A model generated the notes under the pieces. The model saw only the letters and a list, made by a program, of their open reading frames with translations. It did no database searches and was not told the DNA's origin. Shown here piece after piece: positions 61,761 through 62,034 of a stretch of DNA of 62,034 nucleotides; the stretch's first letter is position 1; every line of letters begins with the position of its first letter. Made by a program: the position numbers and the translations under genes. This DNA is from Lama guanicoe (Eukaryota), in the NCBI GenBank assembly GCA_013239625.1, contig MU053432.1, positions 1-62,034 on the forward strand, in the 5' to 3' direction.

Positions 61761-62034
61761 CAAATGTGGATGCATCTCAAAACCGTGAGTGCTGTGTGAG
61801 AAGAGCCACTCACAGAAGGGAAGGTGCCATATGATTCCCCTGTAAGTCCGAAATTAAGTAAAACTAAACAATGTGGATGCATACATAGATATATGGGGGG
61901 TGGGGGATGAAGGCTGCGGAGGGGCTTGCAGGGGCTTCCAAGCCGGGTGGCGAAACCCAGCCCTACTTCTGGTCATTAATCTTTAAACTATAATATAGAC
62001 ATTATATACACTCTTCGGAATGCCTGACCTGATA

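Noticed and set aside
1..62034. CRISPR array, prokaryotic operon or other novel multi-gene system
   Set aside because: The sequence is intron- and repeat-rich mammalian DNA. No regularly spaced repeat-spacer array or unexplained long ORF was seen.

Overview
Mammalian (eutherian) genomic DNA, most likely a camelid. This is inferred from the short tRNA-derived SINE family, the L1 3' ends, and the apparent absence of Alu, Bov-B/ART2A and PRE-1. The window holds two minus-strand genes in the HK2 -> POLE4 order I recall from human. POLE4 is complete: 4 coding exons (17654-17448, 16785-16701, 16022-15981, 5622-5609), 115 aa, with a CpG-island promoter. Of hexokinase 2 (HK2) only the last coding exon (60386-60242) and a ~2.1 kb 3'UTR are present. 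The rest is mostly transposon debris: L1, L2, MIR, SINEs, MaLR and about a dozen ERV solo LTRs. Nearly all ORFs in the supplied track are spurious or L1 fragments. I found no convincing new biological system. The most notable items are a U6 snRNA-L1 chimeric retrocopy with a target-site duplication (TSD), a 117-bp perfectly homogenised tract between two otherwise diverged inverted LTRs, and a ~1.5 kb non-repeat poly(A)-tailed insertion splitting an L2. Also notable are a likely non-canonical AACAAA poly(A) signal for POLE4 and triplicated ends around one L1 (32.8-48.7 kb), which are probably assembly artefacts. Repeat family names were assigned by eye, not by database search.
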